58,341 bases of DNA. Origin: Bacteroidetes bacterium UBA6661 (GTDB taxonomy: Bacteria > Bacteroidota > Bacteroidia > AKYH767-A > OLB10). Location: positions 54,227 through 112,567 of the forward strand of contig DKKR01000101.1 of NCBI GenBank assembly GCA_002455375.1, read 5' to 3'. Below, piece after piece: positions 30,001-37,686 of this stretch. The position numbers and the translations under genes were made by a program. Position 1 is the first letter of the stretch. Each line of letters opens with the position of its first letter. The notes beneath the pieces are model-generated. The model was given only the letters and a program-made list of their open reading frames with translations. It made no database searches and had not been told where the DNA came from.

Positions 30001-32121
30001 CAACATGGGCAAAACACTTTTACAACCGATGGAAATTATCTGGTGCACTTAATTGCAATATCAGACTTTGCATGTAAAGATACAGCACTTGACACCATTC
30101 ACGTGTTTCCATTACCAATAGCCAACTTTTTTGCCCCACATGTATGTCTGGGAAATGCAACAGTTTTTAATGACTTGTCACAACCTGTTTCCGATAGTTT
30201 GATTTCATGGTCGTGGAACTTTGGTGATGGCTCTACTTCGATAATGCAAGCCCCGTCACATATTTTTGCACAGGATACAATTTACCCTGTGTCATTGACA
30301 GTACAGAATGAAGGCTTTTGCAGCAAGACTATTACCAAGAATGTAATCATCAGACCTCTGCCGGATGTGGGCTTTACATTTACCAATCCATGTGTCGGTA
30401 GTCCGGTATATTTCCAGGACACATCGGCTTTAGCGGGATATAATATTAATTGGTGGCAATGGAATTTTGGTGATAGTACTACTGCGGCAATAGCATCACC
30501 GGTACATACCTATTCACTGTCGGGAAATGTTTTTGTCAAGCTGATTGTTCGTTCCACAAATGGTTGTTCAGATTCTGTTTCAGTACCTGTTTTAGTTAAT
30601 CATTTACCTGATGCACTTTTTTCTGTAGGTGATATTTGCGAGCAAACTGCACTTACGCCAAGTAATCAATCAGCATTATTGGGCGGAAGCATTACAAGCA
30701 CTTTATGGCAATGGGGTGATAATTCAGGTGATTCAATTTTCTCACCTACACATTTCTATCAAAGCGATGGCAACTATAATATTAATCTTGAAGTTACAGG
30801 AAGTAATGGTTGTAAAAATGACACTACTATTGCCATAATGATTCATGATAAACCTATTGCATCATTTGTACACAGCAATGCATGTCAGTTGGCTCCTGTT
30901 GCATTCTATGATCAGTCTTCTACCGTTAATGACTCATTACAAATTTGGCAATGGCAATTTGGTGATGGGGATCAATCATCACTTCAAAGCCCTGTGCATG
31001 ATTTTGGTGCTTATGGCGTTTATTACACAGAACTAATTGTAACAAATAGTTTCGGATGTAGTGACACAGTTGCCGATTCCGTTACTGTTGCACCAAAGCC
31101 GCAGGCAGCATTTTCATCTGTGAATGTTTGTAAAGATCAGCCTATGATTTTTAATAATTCAAGTAGTGTTGTTGCCGGTAGTATTGTTGCCAATCAGTGG
31201 AATTTTGGTGATGGCTCAGGTGCTTCTATTGCCAATCCTGCCTATACATATTTAAGTACCGGTGACTATGAAATTACCTTAGTAGTTACAACTGCCAATC
31301 AATGTGTTGATAGTGTAAAACATATTTATCGTGTTTATCAGTTGCCGGAAGCAGGATTTATTGCAGATACTATTGAAGGCTGCCAGCCACTGTGGGTATT
31401 ATTTTCTGATAGCTCTGTTGCAAACGAAGGTTTAATAACAAAATGGAATTGGGATTTTGGTAACGGTGCAACAGATACTTTAACAAATCCTGCAGCAATA
31501 GTTTACAATCAGGCCGGATATTTCAGTCCTGTGTTGTTTGTTGAAACAGATTTAGGTTGCCGCGATACGTTTTTACGTCAGGATTATATTCATGTTTTTG
31601 CAAAACCTGAAGCGGCTTTTGTAGCAGAGCCATTAAGCAATACAATTTTACATCCATTGATTGAGATTACAGATCAGTCGTGGAATGCAACATCCTGGTT
31701 CTATGATTTTGGAGATACATCAAGTACAACAGAGCAAAATCCTTCGCATTGGTATAATCAACCGGAACACTATACCATTATTCAATATGTAGAGAGTGCA
31801 GATGGTTGTAAGGACACAGCATTAGTCAGTATAGAAATAAAGAATGATTTTACTTTTTACATTCCCAATTCTTTCACACCAAACCAAGATGGCTTCAACG
31901 AAACATGGAATGCTTTTGGTATTGGTATTACAGAATTTCATGTGCAGGTTTTTAATCGCTGGGGCCAGTTATTATTTACCTCAGATGATTTAAGTAAAGG
32001 ATGGGATGGAACTTATTCGGGAAGCAAAGTGCAACAAGGTGTTTACATATATAAAGCTACTGTTCGTGATTTATTCAATAAACAACATTTTTATGTTGGA
32101 AATGTAAATGTTATCAGATAG
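27007..32121 (+). CDS. giant PKD-repeat surface protein with a T9SS type-B C-terminal sorting domain
   Basis: Signal peptide, a distinct N-terminal domain of about 300 aa, 16 repeats with the W-x-W-D-F-G-D-G core, and the C-terminus IPNSFTPNQDGFNE..VFNRWGQLLFTS..WDG..NVNVIR. Confidence 0.85.
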   Translation: MKKIFGFIVFFVTLSLSNLLYGQQASSCTNLDFELGNFVGWTGKTGSCCPISMFSNGIVTGQHTIMSGAGFDPHSNNQIPVVAPGGTYSARLGNDQAGSQAEQLSYSFQVTPQTELFIYRYAVVLEDPVHDPIEQPRFEIRVFDQAGNPIGCGTYNVVSGAGIPGFQTWFDPNIGSDIHFKTWTTVGIELSSYMGQTVTIEFSTGDCSLGGHFGYAYVDAYCSSMTVTSDYCPGSTTALLMAPPGFVSYLWSNGATTQTITINNPVIGATYSVQMTSVAGCVVTLNQVIAVTQLFANFNFNPGCESGTQFFDSSYVLSGSPINQWLWDFGDGTTSAIQNPWHQFPSSGNYNVTLTATNAGGCTKSITKSITILPSPVSDFNFTPACPSQAITFNQNASFPSGTITSYEWLFGDGLPSSAMPDPTHVYSGMGPYDVSLIVTGNNGCLDTIVKSVAPMPDPVAGYTFSVQCMNNTVTFNDVSQLTGGTITAWQWDFGDGSPLDNTANPIHVYNGGGNYSVQLIVTGSNGCTDTITKGVAMASLPTAAFTNSGACESQFTAFNDASGLAGGSIASWLWYFGDGTNSTLQNPFHQYSGTGSFNISLVVLGDNGCRDSIARSITVKPSPVASFSSMPVCPGQQAQFNSTAVAPAGETISSWIWNFGDGSAQTAGQSVNHMFTGAGTYAVMSIVGASNGCIDSVINNISTSITPVAKFSAPSGCALVPLTFSSTSTISSGTITGWDWDFGDGTAHGNTATTTHAFATPGSYNVYLTVTSNNGCTHTVLHEVSVSGKPVPSFTNSSSCVNDSINLNSNSTSANVSINYLKWDFGDGTFHTGTDSVFHVYSDTGFVQVGLIVGNTLGCSDTVYRQIYIKPLPVAGFRWDEMCQLAAGSFYDTSALINGNISGWLWDFGSGTANTANPQFAFANAGIQPVILTVTGNNNCKATITQNITVRPKPLAQFVSSGACVNAVETFQNTSSIPSGSIVSWHWDYGDGHTAITQHGQNTFTTDGNYLVHLIAISDFACKDTALDTIHVFPLPIANFFAPHVCLGNATVFNDLSQPVSDSLISWSWNFGDGSTSIMQAPSHIFAQDTIYPVSLTVQNEGFCSKTITKNVIIRPLPDVGFTFTNPCVGSPVYFQDTSALAGYNINWWQWNFGDSTTAAIASPVHTYSLSGNVFVKLIVRSTNGCSDSVSVPVLVNHLPDALFSVGDICEQTALTPSNQSALLGGSITSTLWQWGDNSGDSIFSPTHFYQSDGNYNINLEVTGSNGCKNDTTIAIMIHDKPIASFVHSNACQLAPVAFYDQSSTVNDSLQIWQWQFGDGDQSSLQSPVHDFGAYGVYYTELIVTNSFGCSDTVADSVTVAPKPQAAFSSVNVCKDQPMIFNNSSSVVAGSIVANQWNFGDGSGASIANPAYTYLSTGDYEITLVVTTANQCVDSVKHIYRVYQLPEAGFIADTIEGCQPLWVLFSDSSVANEGLITKWNWDFGNGATDTLTNPAAIVYNQAGYFSPVLFVETDLGCRDTFLRQDYIHVFAKPEAAFVAEPLSNTILHPLIEITDQSWNATSWFYDFGDTSSTTEQNPSHWYNQPEHYTIIQYVESADGCKDTALVSIEIKNDFTFYIPNSFTPNQDGFNETWNAFGIGITEFHVQVFNRWGQLLFTSDDLSKGWDGTYSGSKVQQGVYIYKATVRDLFNKQHFYVGNVNVIR

Positions 32122-32133
32122 TAAGTCCTGTAA

Positions 32134-32424
32134 ATGAATTTCCGAATTAAAGAGAATGCACCAATAGCATGGATTGCAGCCCGGTTTTTGGGCTACAAAA
32201 CAATGGCAATAGTCATTGGAAAAACTATTTACCTGCATGGTGCTTCAGTCAAAACTTTTCAGAGTGATTCTAAATGGATGAAGCACGAACTCAAACACAT
32301 TGAACAGTTCAAACGCTATGGATTTATCCGATTTATTTTTTTTTATCTTTCTGAATCTATCCGTCATGGTTATATCAATAACCGTTTTGAAATTGAATGC
32401 AGAGAAGCAGAAAATCAGGATTGA
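32134..32424 (+). CDS. small stand-alone DUF4157-like (zincin-like HExxH) protein
   Basis: 96 aa. ..MAIVIGKTIYLHG.. is followed by HELKHIEQ and ..YINNRFEIECREAE, which is the DUF4157 core pattern. It lies 12 bp downstream of the PKD giant. Confidence 0.5.
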   Translation: MNFRIKENAPIAWIAARFLGYKTMAIVIGKTIYLHGASVKTFQSDSKWMKHELKHIEQFKRYGFIRFIFFYLSESIRHGYINNRFEIECREAENQD

Positions 32425-32448
32425 TGATTGTGCAACGATGGAAGTATG

Positions 32449-33327
32449 TTATTCTTCCAAAGTCCCGAATCGTCCCTGATTAAAATCTTCAAATGCCTGC
32501 ACCAATTCCTGTCTTGTATTCATTACAAATGGACCGTGTGCTGCTATAGGCTCATTGATAGGTTCACCACTAAGTACGAGATAAACTGCATTTTCGTTTG
32601 CATCAATTGTAAAACTTTCACCGTCATTAGCCATAAGTGCAAAATGATTGGTATCTACTTTTTCAGTTCCATTAATTGTGATGCTTCCTTCAATAACCAA
32701 TAATGCTGTATTGAAATTTTTAGGCAGATTCATTTCAGTTTTAGCATATTTTGTCATTTTAACATTATAAAGATGTAGTGGTGTAAAAGTAGAGGCACTT
32801 CCTTTAATACCTTTATATTCTCCTGCAATAATTTCAATTTCTGTTTTCAAATCTTCTGATTTGTAACGATTGATCTTTGAGTTTTCTAAAGCCTGATATT
32901 TGGGTTTACTCATCTTGTCTTTTGCAGGAAGGTTGACCCACAACTGTACCATCTGAAATTCACCACCTGTTTTGCTCCATTCTTTCTCGTGAAATTCTTT
33001 ATGTAACACACCACTTGCTGCAGTCATCCATTGAACATCACCTTCACCAATAACGCCACCGCCACCACTGCTATCATGATGTTCTACTTTACCTTTATAG
33101 GCTATAGTAACAGTTTCAAATCCCCGATGTGGATGTACTCCAACTCCTCTGGGAGTATCGCTTGGATCAAAGTAAAATTTAGAATTATAATCTAACATGA
33201 TGAATGGATTCATCCGTTGCATGTCAAGACGATAACCGCTTGGTATAAAGTTATGTACTCTAAAGCCATCACCTACAAAATGTGGTTCACGCGGACTAAC
33301 AACTATTTCTACAGATCTTTTTGTCAT
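32449..33327 (-). CDS. pirin family protein
   Basis: 292 aa. HPHRGFETVT, GDVQWMTAASGVLHKE and LWVNLP are canonical pirin cupin motifs. Confidence 0.9.
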   Translation of the reverse strand: MTKRSVEIVVSPREPHFVGDGFRVHNFIPSGYRLDMQRMNPFIMLDYNSKFYFDPSDTPRGVGVHPHRGFETVTIAYKGKVEHHDSSGGGGVIGEGDVQWMTAASGVLHKEFHEKEWSKTGGEFQMVQLWVNLPAKDKMSKPKYQALENSKINRYKSEDLKTEIEIIAGEYKGIKGSASTFTPLHLYNVKMTKYAKTEMNLPKNFNTALLVIEGSITINGTEKVDTNHFALMANDGESFTIDANENAVYLVLSGEPINEPIAAHGPFVMNTRQELVQAFEDFNQGRFGTLEE

Positions 33328-33522
33328 GATATTTAAATTTTATAGTGCAAAATTATTGTCAATTCTTTCTATTGCCAATAACATAGATTAAGTTTCTAAT
33401 TTTATGCCTGTTGCAAGTATTAAAACTTATTTGGAACAGGAAAAATTCATTTAACACTTTAAACCATTGCCTCCTAAAAATGTCTATCAATTTGAAATAG
33501 CAACAATTTTAATTTTAAAAAT

Positions 33523-33915
33523 ATGAAACAAAGAATTTCAATAGTAATTGGCTTATTGATTATGGTTGCCGTAGTCAGTTTATCTTTTAAGCCTGATAAT
33601 TGGCGAATTTTAGGAACAAAGACAGTTGACTATCAGTTAGACAAAGATGTTTTAGACGTGCAGTTGCGGGACGGTGCTTTTCAGAAATTGAAATTTGTTG
33701 TCAGAGGTGGAGCATTAAATATGCATAAAGTTATTGTTCATTTCGAGAATGGAGGCACACAAGAAATTGAAATGCGTCATGATTTTGATAAGAACAGCCA
33801 AAGCAGAGTTATAGACCTAAAAGGAAACAAACGCATCATTGAAAAGATTGTTTTTTGGTACGACACTAAAAATGTTTCAAACCGAAAAGCAAAAGTGACA
33901 GTGTTAGGTCGCTGA
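33523..33915 (+). CDS. hypothetical small secreted protein
   Basis: 130 aa with an N-terminal hydrophobic signal/anchor. I recognise no motif with confidence. Confidence 0.5.
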   Translation: MKQRISIVIGLLIMVAVVSLSFKPDNWRILGTKTVDYQLDKDVLDVQLRDGAFQKLKFVVRGGALNMHKVIVHFENGGTQEIEMRHDFDKNSQSRVIDLKGNKRIIEKIVFWYDTKNVSNRKAKVTVLGR

Positions 33916-33947
33916 TGAAATAATATTTTAAGAACATAAAACCTTGG

Positions 33948-33981
33948 TTAGTGGGCGATCTTTTACAAGTTCGTCCACTAA
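33948..33981. terminator. hairpin between convergent genes (weak terminator)
   Basis: 11-bp stem TTAGTGGGCGA / TCGTCCACTAA with one G-U pair and a 12-nt loop. Only short T runs follow on either strand. Confidence 0.4.
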
Positions 33982-34146
33982 TTTATCAAAGCATTTGATT
34001 TTTTCAGAATGTGAATTTCGATTTCCTCAATTAATTCCTTCACAGTAAGATTTTTTTTGGAATCTTTGAGATATATAATGTATATATAGTTGCAAGACTC
34101 ATTTTTGCTACACGCTCAATGGTTTATTCTGCTCTTTTCATATAGA

Positions 34147-34548
34147 TTATTTAATACGGACTAATTTACCTTTTTTTTTAATAAGGTTTTTATAATCCCA
34201 CTGAATTGCTTTAGATTTTTTTAACCAGCGTTTTAAGTCCTTAACATTTATTTGTTCAACTGAAGTATAGAATATTGAAGCATCTTTAAACTTTTTGCCA
34301 TGCACGGTTAAAGCTTCTTCCTCAAAATCAATTCCACTCCAAAACATAAGCCTCCAGCCCAATTTTTGTTTGCTATAGCCGACTATTGGATTTTCATCTA
34401 TAAACCAAACCGGGTGCGCATGCCAAATTTTACTTTCTGAAGAATTTAATACGGCATCAATAGAATCCGCCAATAAATCACAAATTTTCTTTTCTTCCGG
34501 TGATTGACTGTTATTGTAACTCTGAATAGATTTTTCCATACCAAACAA
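34147..34548 (-). CDS. DUF1801-like (YdhG-type) small protein
   Basis: 133 aa. ..HAHPVWF..NPIVGYS..LMFWSG..F.. fits the pattern I associate with DUF1801. This is a weak call. Confidence 0.45.
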   Translation of the reverse strand: MFGMEKSIQSYNNSQSPEEKKICDLLADSIDAVLNSSESKIWHAHPVWFIDENPIVGYSKQKLGWRLMFWSGIDFEEEALTVHGKKFKDASIFYTSVEQINVKDLKRWLKKSKAIQWDYKNLIKKKGKLVRIK

Positions 34549-34630
34549 AATAACAGAATCTTAATCTTAGAAAAAATCAGTAAGTCATTTATTCACGACT
34601 TGTACAAAATGATGTAGGAAATTTATCGCT

Positions 34631-35140
34631 TTAAAAGAACAATGCTTTCAGTTCTGTTGCATCAGCAGGTTTCATTTTTCCTGCAAGGATTAAGGCAAGT
34701 TGCTTGCGTCTTAATGCGCCATCAAAACGTTTTTTTTCTTCTTCGCTTTCAGCAATTAATTCAGGTACAGCAATAGGACTGCCTTGTTGGTCAACCGCCA
34801 CAAAGGTGTAGATGGCTTCATTGCATTTTATTTTATCTCCTGTGGCATTACGTTCAACCCACACTTCCATAAAAACTTCCATGCTTGAAGTAAAGGAGCG
34901 CGATACTTTTGCCTGAATGGTAACAATATCTCCTAAACGGATTGGCTGATTAAATGATACATTGTTTACTGAAGCTGTAACAACCACACGCCCACAATGA
35001 CGGTGCGCAGCAACGGCAGAACAAACATCCATCCAATGTAGCAGGCGACCTCCCATCAGATTGCCAAGTACATTGGTATCGTTAGGCAGTACTATCTCTG
35101 TCTGTATGGTTAAACTCTCTTTAGCAGTTTTTGCTTTCAT
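34631..35140 (-). CDS. acyl-CoA thioesterase (hotdog fold, YciA/Acot-like)
   Basis: 169 aa. VLPNDTNVLGNLMGGRLLHWMD, TASVNNVSFNQPIRLGD and ..EVWVE.. are typical of the 4HBT/BFIT-type thioesterase. Confidence 0.8.
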   Translation of the reverse strand: MKAKTAKESLTIQTEIVLPNDTNVLGNLMGGRLLHWMDVCSAVAAHRHCGRVVVTASVNNVSFNQPIRLGDIVTIQAKVSRSFTSSMEVFMEVWVERNATGDKIKCNEAIYTFVAVDQQGSPIAVPELIAESEEEKKRFDGALRRKQLALILAGKMKPADATELKALFF

Positions 35141-35220
35141 ATTCTGATTTTTGCGACTGCAAATATCTGAATAATTAAACTTAAAATGAACGAATCAAAG
35201 CCTGACTGTGGAATTAAACC

Positions 35221-35228
35221 TATCTTTG
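35221..35228 (+). promoter_or_regulatory. Bacteroidota -7 box (TAnnTTTG)
   Basis: TATCTTTG lies 24 bp upstream of the ATG at 35253. Confidence 0.4.
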
Positions 35229-35252
35229 CATCCACATTAGAAAACAATTAAA

Positions 35253-35978
35253 ATGCAAACAAAACTATTAGTACTGACAGCCATAATAGGAATGATATTA
35301 AACGGTAAAATGGCACACTCACAAACCCCGACCAATATGAACGAAACAAGAAAAATTGAAGTCACAGGAAATGCTGAAATGAAAGTAATACCGGATGAAA
35401 TTTTTGTTGTCATAACCATTCAGGAATATACAGAGAATAAGAAGAAGACAGATATTAATGAGGTGCGCAAAAATTTTCTGGCAGCATGCACAAAGGCTGG
35501 TATTGCTAAAGAAAATATTTCCATACAGGGAATGAATGGTTACAATAACAGTGGCTGGTACTGGCAACGCAAAAAGAAGACTCCTGATTTTGTTGCTTCG
35601 TCAAGCTATATAATTAAGTTTAATTCAGGAGAGCAGATTGAAAGATTGATGAGTCAGCTTGATGACAAAGGCACACAGAATATGTACATCAGTTCCACTT
35701 CACACAGCAAAATGGAAGAGTTTAAAAAACAAGTAAAAACAGAAGCATTACAGGCAGCCAAAGCTAAAGCCACCTATCTTTGTGAAGGAATTGGAGAAAA
35801 GGTAGGCAAAGTGTTGTTAATAAAAGAAGTTGAAGGAACAAGTTATGCAGAACCTATGATGATGAAAAGCCGGATGATGGAAGCTTCAATGGCAGATTCT
35901 AATTTTGAACCTTCAGGACTTGAATTCCAAAAGATAACCATACAGATGCAAATATTGGCTCAATTTGCCATACAATAA
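35253..35978 (+). CDS. SIMPL/DUF541-like periplasmic protein
   Basis: Signal peptide. The pattern KIEVTGNAEMKVIPDEIFVVITI plus a C-terminal ..KITIQMQILAQFAI resembles SIMPL-domain proteins. Confidence 0.55.
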   Translation: MQTKLLVLTAIIGMILNGKMAHSQTPTNMNETRKIEVTGNAEMKVIPDEIFVVITIQEYTENKKKTDINEVRKNFLAACTKAGIAKENISIQGMNGYNNSGWYWQRKKKTPDFVASSSYIIKFNSGEQIERLMSQLDDKGTQNMYISSTSHSKMEEFKKQVKTEALQAAKAKATYLCEGIGEKVGKVLLIKEVEGTSYAEPMMMKSRMMEASMADSNFEPSGLEFQKITIQMQILAQFAIQ

Positions 35979-35984
35979 GCACAC

Positions 35985-37670
35985 ATGCAGAACAATAAAG
36001 GCCGTAAACGAGGCTACAGCGACAAGCCGCAAGCCGGCAAATACAAGTCTGAAGGGCGCCCTTCAAGAGGAAAGAAATTCGGAAGCAACACTGATAAACC
36101 CAAAGAGGAATTTGTAAAATCAGGCAACAGTTATTCAAAAAATAAATTTTCAGGCAAACGCAGGTTTGATGCAAATGATTCCGGCTTTGAAAGAAAACGG
36201 AAGAATTTTGGAAGTGATGATAACACGGGTTTCGAAAAAAAGAGGTCAAGTCGTTTTGAAGGTAAAAAATCTGTCTCAGAAAATGAAGGCGGAGAAAGAA
36301 GAGAAAGAACCCGATTTAAAAAGGAAGGCGGTTTTGAACGAGAGAAAAGAAGTTTTAAATCATCAGATAACCCACGGCCTTACAGAAAAAGAAACGAAGG
36401 TTTTGAAGGTGATGAGAAGCCCCGTTTTAGAAAAGAAGGTGGTTTTGAACGAGAGAAAAGAAGTTTTAAATCATCAGATAGCCCGCGCCCTTACAGAAAA
36501 AAAGGTGAAGGTTTTGAAGGTGGAGAAAGCCCCCGTTTTAAAAAGGAAGGTGGTTTTGAACGAGAGAAAAGAAGTTTTAAATCATCAGATAGCCCACGAC
36601 CTTATAGAAAAAGAGACGAAGGTTTTGAAGGTGATGAGAAACCAAGATTTAAAAAGCGGAGTGACTTTGGTGGTACAGGGAAATTTGAAAAATCAAAAGG
36701 GTTCAAAAGAAACGTTGATGGTTTTGAGAGCGATGAAAAACCAAGACGATTTAACAAATCTTTCGATGGTGATTCAAGAGAGAAACGTTCTTATGATAGA
36801 AAAGAAAGAAGTTCGGGGAGATTTGACAAACCTTATCGCAAGAAAGATGACAATAGAAAGTATAATAAAAAAAGCAAAGAAGCATCAGGACAATTATCTG
36901 ATGGCCTTGTTCGCTTGAACCGCTATATTGCAAACAGTGGTATTTGCAGCAGAAGAGAAGCAGATGAATTAATTACTGCAGGTCTTGTTTCTGTCAATGG
37001 TGAAATTGTTACCACAATGGGAACCAAGGTTTCGCAGGATGATGTGATTAAGTACAATGGTGAAACCATCAGAAATGAAAAGCCCATGTATTTGTTGCTT
37101 AACAAACCAAAAGATTACATCACCACCATGGATGATCCTCAGGACAGACGTACTGTTATGCATCTTATTGCCGGGGCGTGTAAGGAACGTGTGTACCCTG
37201 TAGGTCGCCTCGATAGAAATACAACCGGTGTTTTGCTTTTTACTAATGATGGTGATTTAGCAAAAAAACTTACTCATCCAAGTTATGAAGTTCAGAAAAT
37301 TTATCATGTTGAGTTAGACAGAAATTTAAAATCTTCCGATAAAGAAAAAATTAAAGAAGGTGTCATGCTCGATGATGGAATGGCTGTGGTTGATGATATA
37401 CAGTACGATGGTGGATTTAATGATAAAAAGCAAATCGGTGTAGAAATACACTCAGGGAAAAACCGTATTGTAAGACGTATATTTGAGTCTATGGATTACA
37501 ATGTAATTAAGTTAGATCGGGTAGTTTTTGCCGGACTTACCAAAAAAGATATTGCACGAGGTAAATGGCGTTTTCTGAGTGAGATGGAAGTGAATGCTTT
37601 GAAAATGGCTACTTCCAGGGTGAAACCAAAAGACAAAGAACCGCGCAAAAGAATTTCGCGAAGTAAATAA
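35985..37670 (+). CDS. RsuA/RluB-family rRNA pseudouridine synthase with a ~300-aa basic repeat-rich N-terminal extension
   Basis: S4 domain LNRYIANSGICSRREADELI and the catalytic block PVGRLDRNTTGVLLFTNDGDLAKKLTHP. The N-terminus is K/R/E/G/F-rich with tandem repeats. Confidence 0.85.
   Translation: MQNNKGRKRGYSDKPQAGKYKSEGRPSRGKKFGSNTDKPKEEFVKSGNSYSKNKFSGKRRFDANDSGFERKRKNFGSDDNTGFEKKRSSRFEGKKSVSENEGGERRERTRFKKEGGFEREKRSFKSSDNPRPYRKRNEGFEGDEKPRFRKEGGFEREKRSFKSSDSPRPYRKKGEGFEGGESPRFKKEGGFEREKRSFKSSDSPRPYRKRDEGFEGDEKPRFKKRSDFGGTGKFEKSKGFKRNVDGFESDEKPRRFNKSFDGDSREKRSYDRKERSSGRFDKPYRKKDDNRKYNKKSKEASGQLSDGLVRLNRYIANSGICSRREADELITAGLVSVNGEIVTTMGTKVSQDDVIKYNGETIRNEKPMYLLLNKPKDYITTMDDPQDRRTVMHLIAGACKERVYPVGRLDRNTTGVLLFTNDGDLAKKLTHPSYEVQKIYHVELDRNLKSSDKEKIKEGVMLDDGMAVVDDIQYDGGFNDKKQIGVEIHSGKNRIVRRIFESMDYNVIKLDRVVFAGLTKKDIARGKWRFLSEMEVNALKMATSRVKPKDKEPRKRISRSK
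36312..36644 (+). repeat. 3 x 111-bp in-frame tandem repeat (37-aa unit RFKKEGGFEREKRSFKSSDxPRPYRKxxEGFEGxExP)
   Basis: Units start at 36312, 36423 and 36534. A core of about 40 nt, ggttttgaacgagagaaaagaagttttaaatcatcagata, is identical in all three. Degenerate partial copies flank the array. Confidence 0.9.
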
Positions 37671-37686
37671 CTTTATATAAGTACAC

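Noticed and set aside
27980-31460. Regularly spaced identical 17-mers (TGGGATTTTGGTGATGG) that superficially resemble an interspaced repeat array
   Set aside because: They lie inside one long ORF and encode the conserved W-D-F-G-D-G core of successive PKD domains, spaced about 240-270 bp apart. This is protein-domain periodicity and not a CRISPR or non-coding repeat array.
33985-34135. Short minus-strand reading frames (for example ..SKKNLTVKELIEEIEIHILKKSNALIN) in the 230-bp spacer, next to an A8/T8 run
   Set aside because: There is no ATG-initiated ORF longer than ~20 codons, and the frames are broken by stops. It could be a decayed gene remnant, but I cannot support that from the sequence alone.
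36166-36918. 250-aa alternative-frame ORF overlapping the N-terminal region of the pseudouridine synthase gene
   Set aside because: It is open only because the K/E/G-rich tandem repeat lacks stop codons in a second frame. Its translation mirrors the repeat periodicity and has no independent start context, so I treat it as an artefact.
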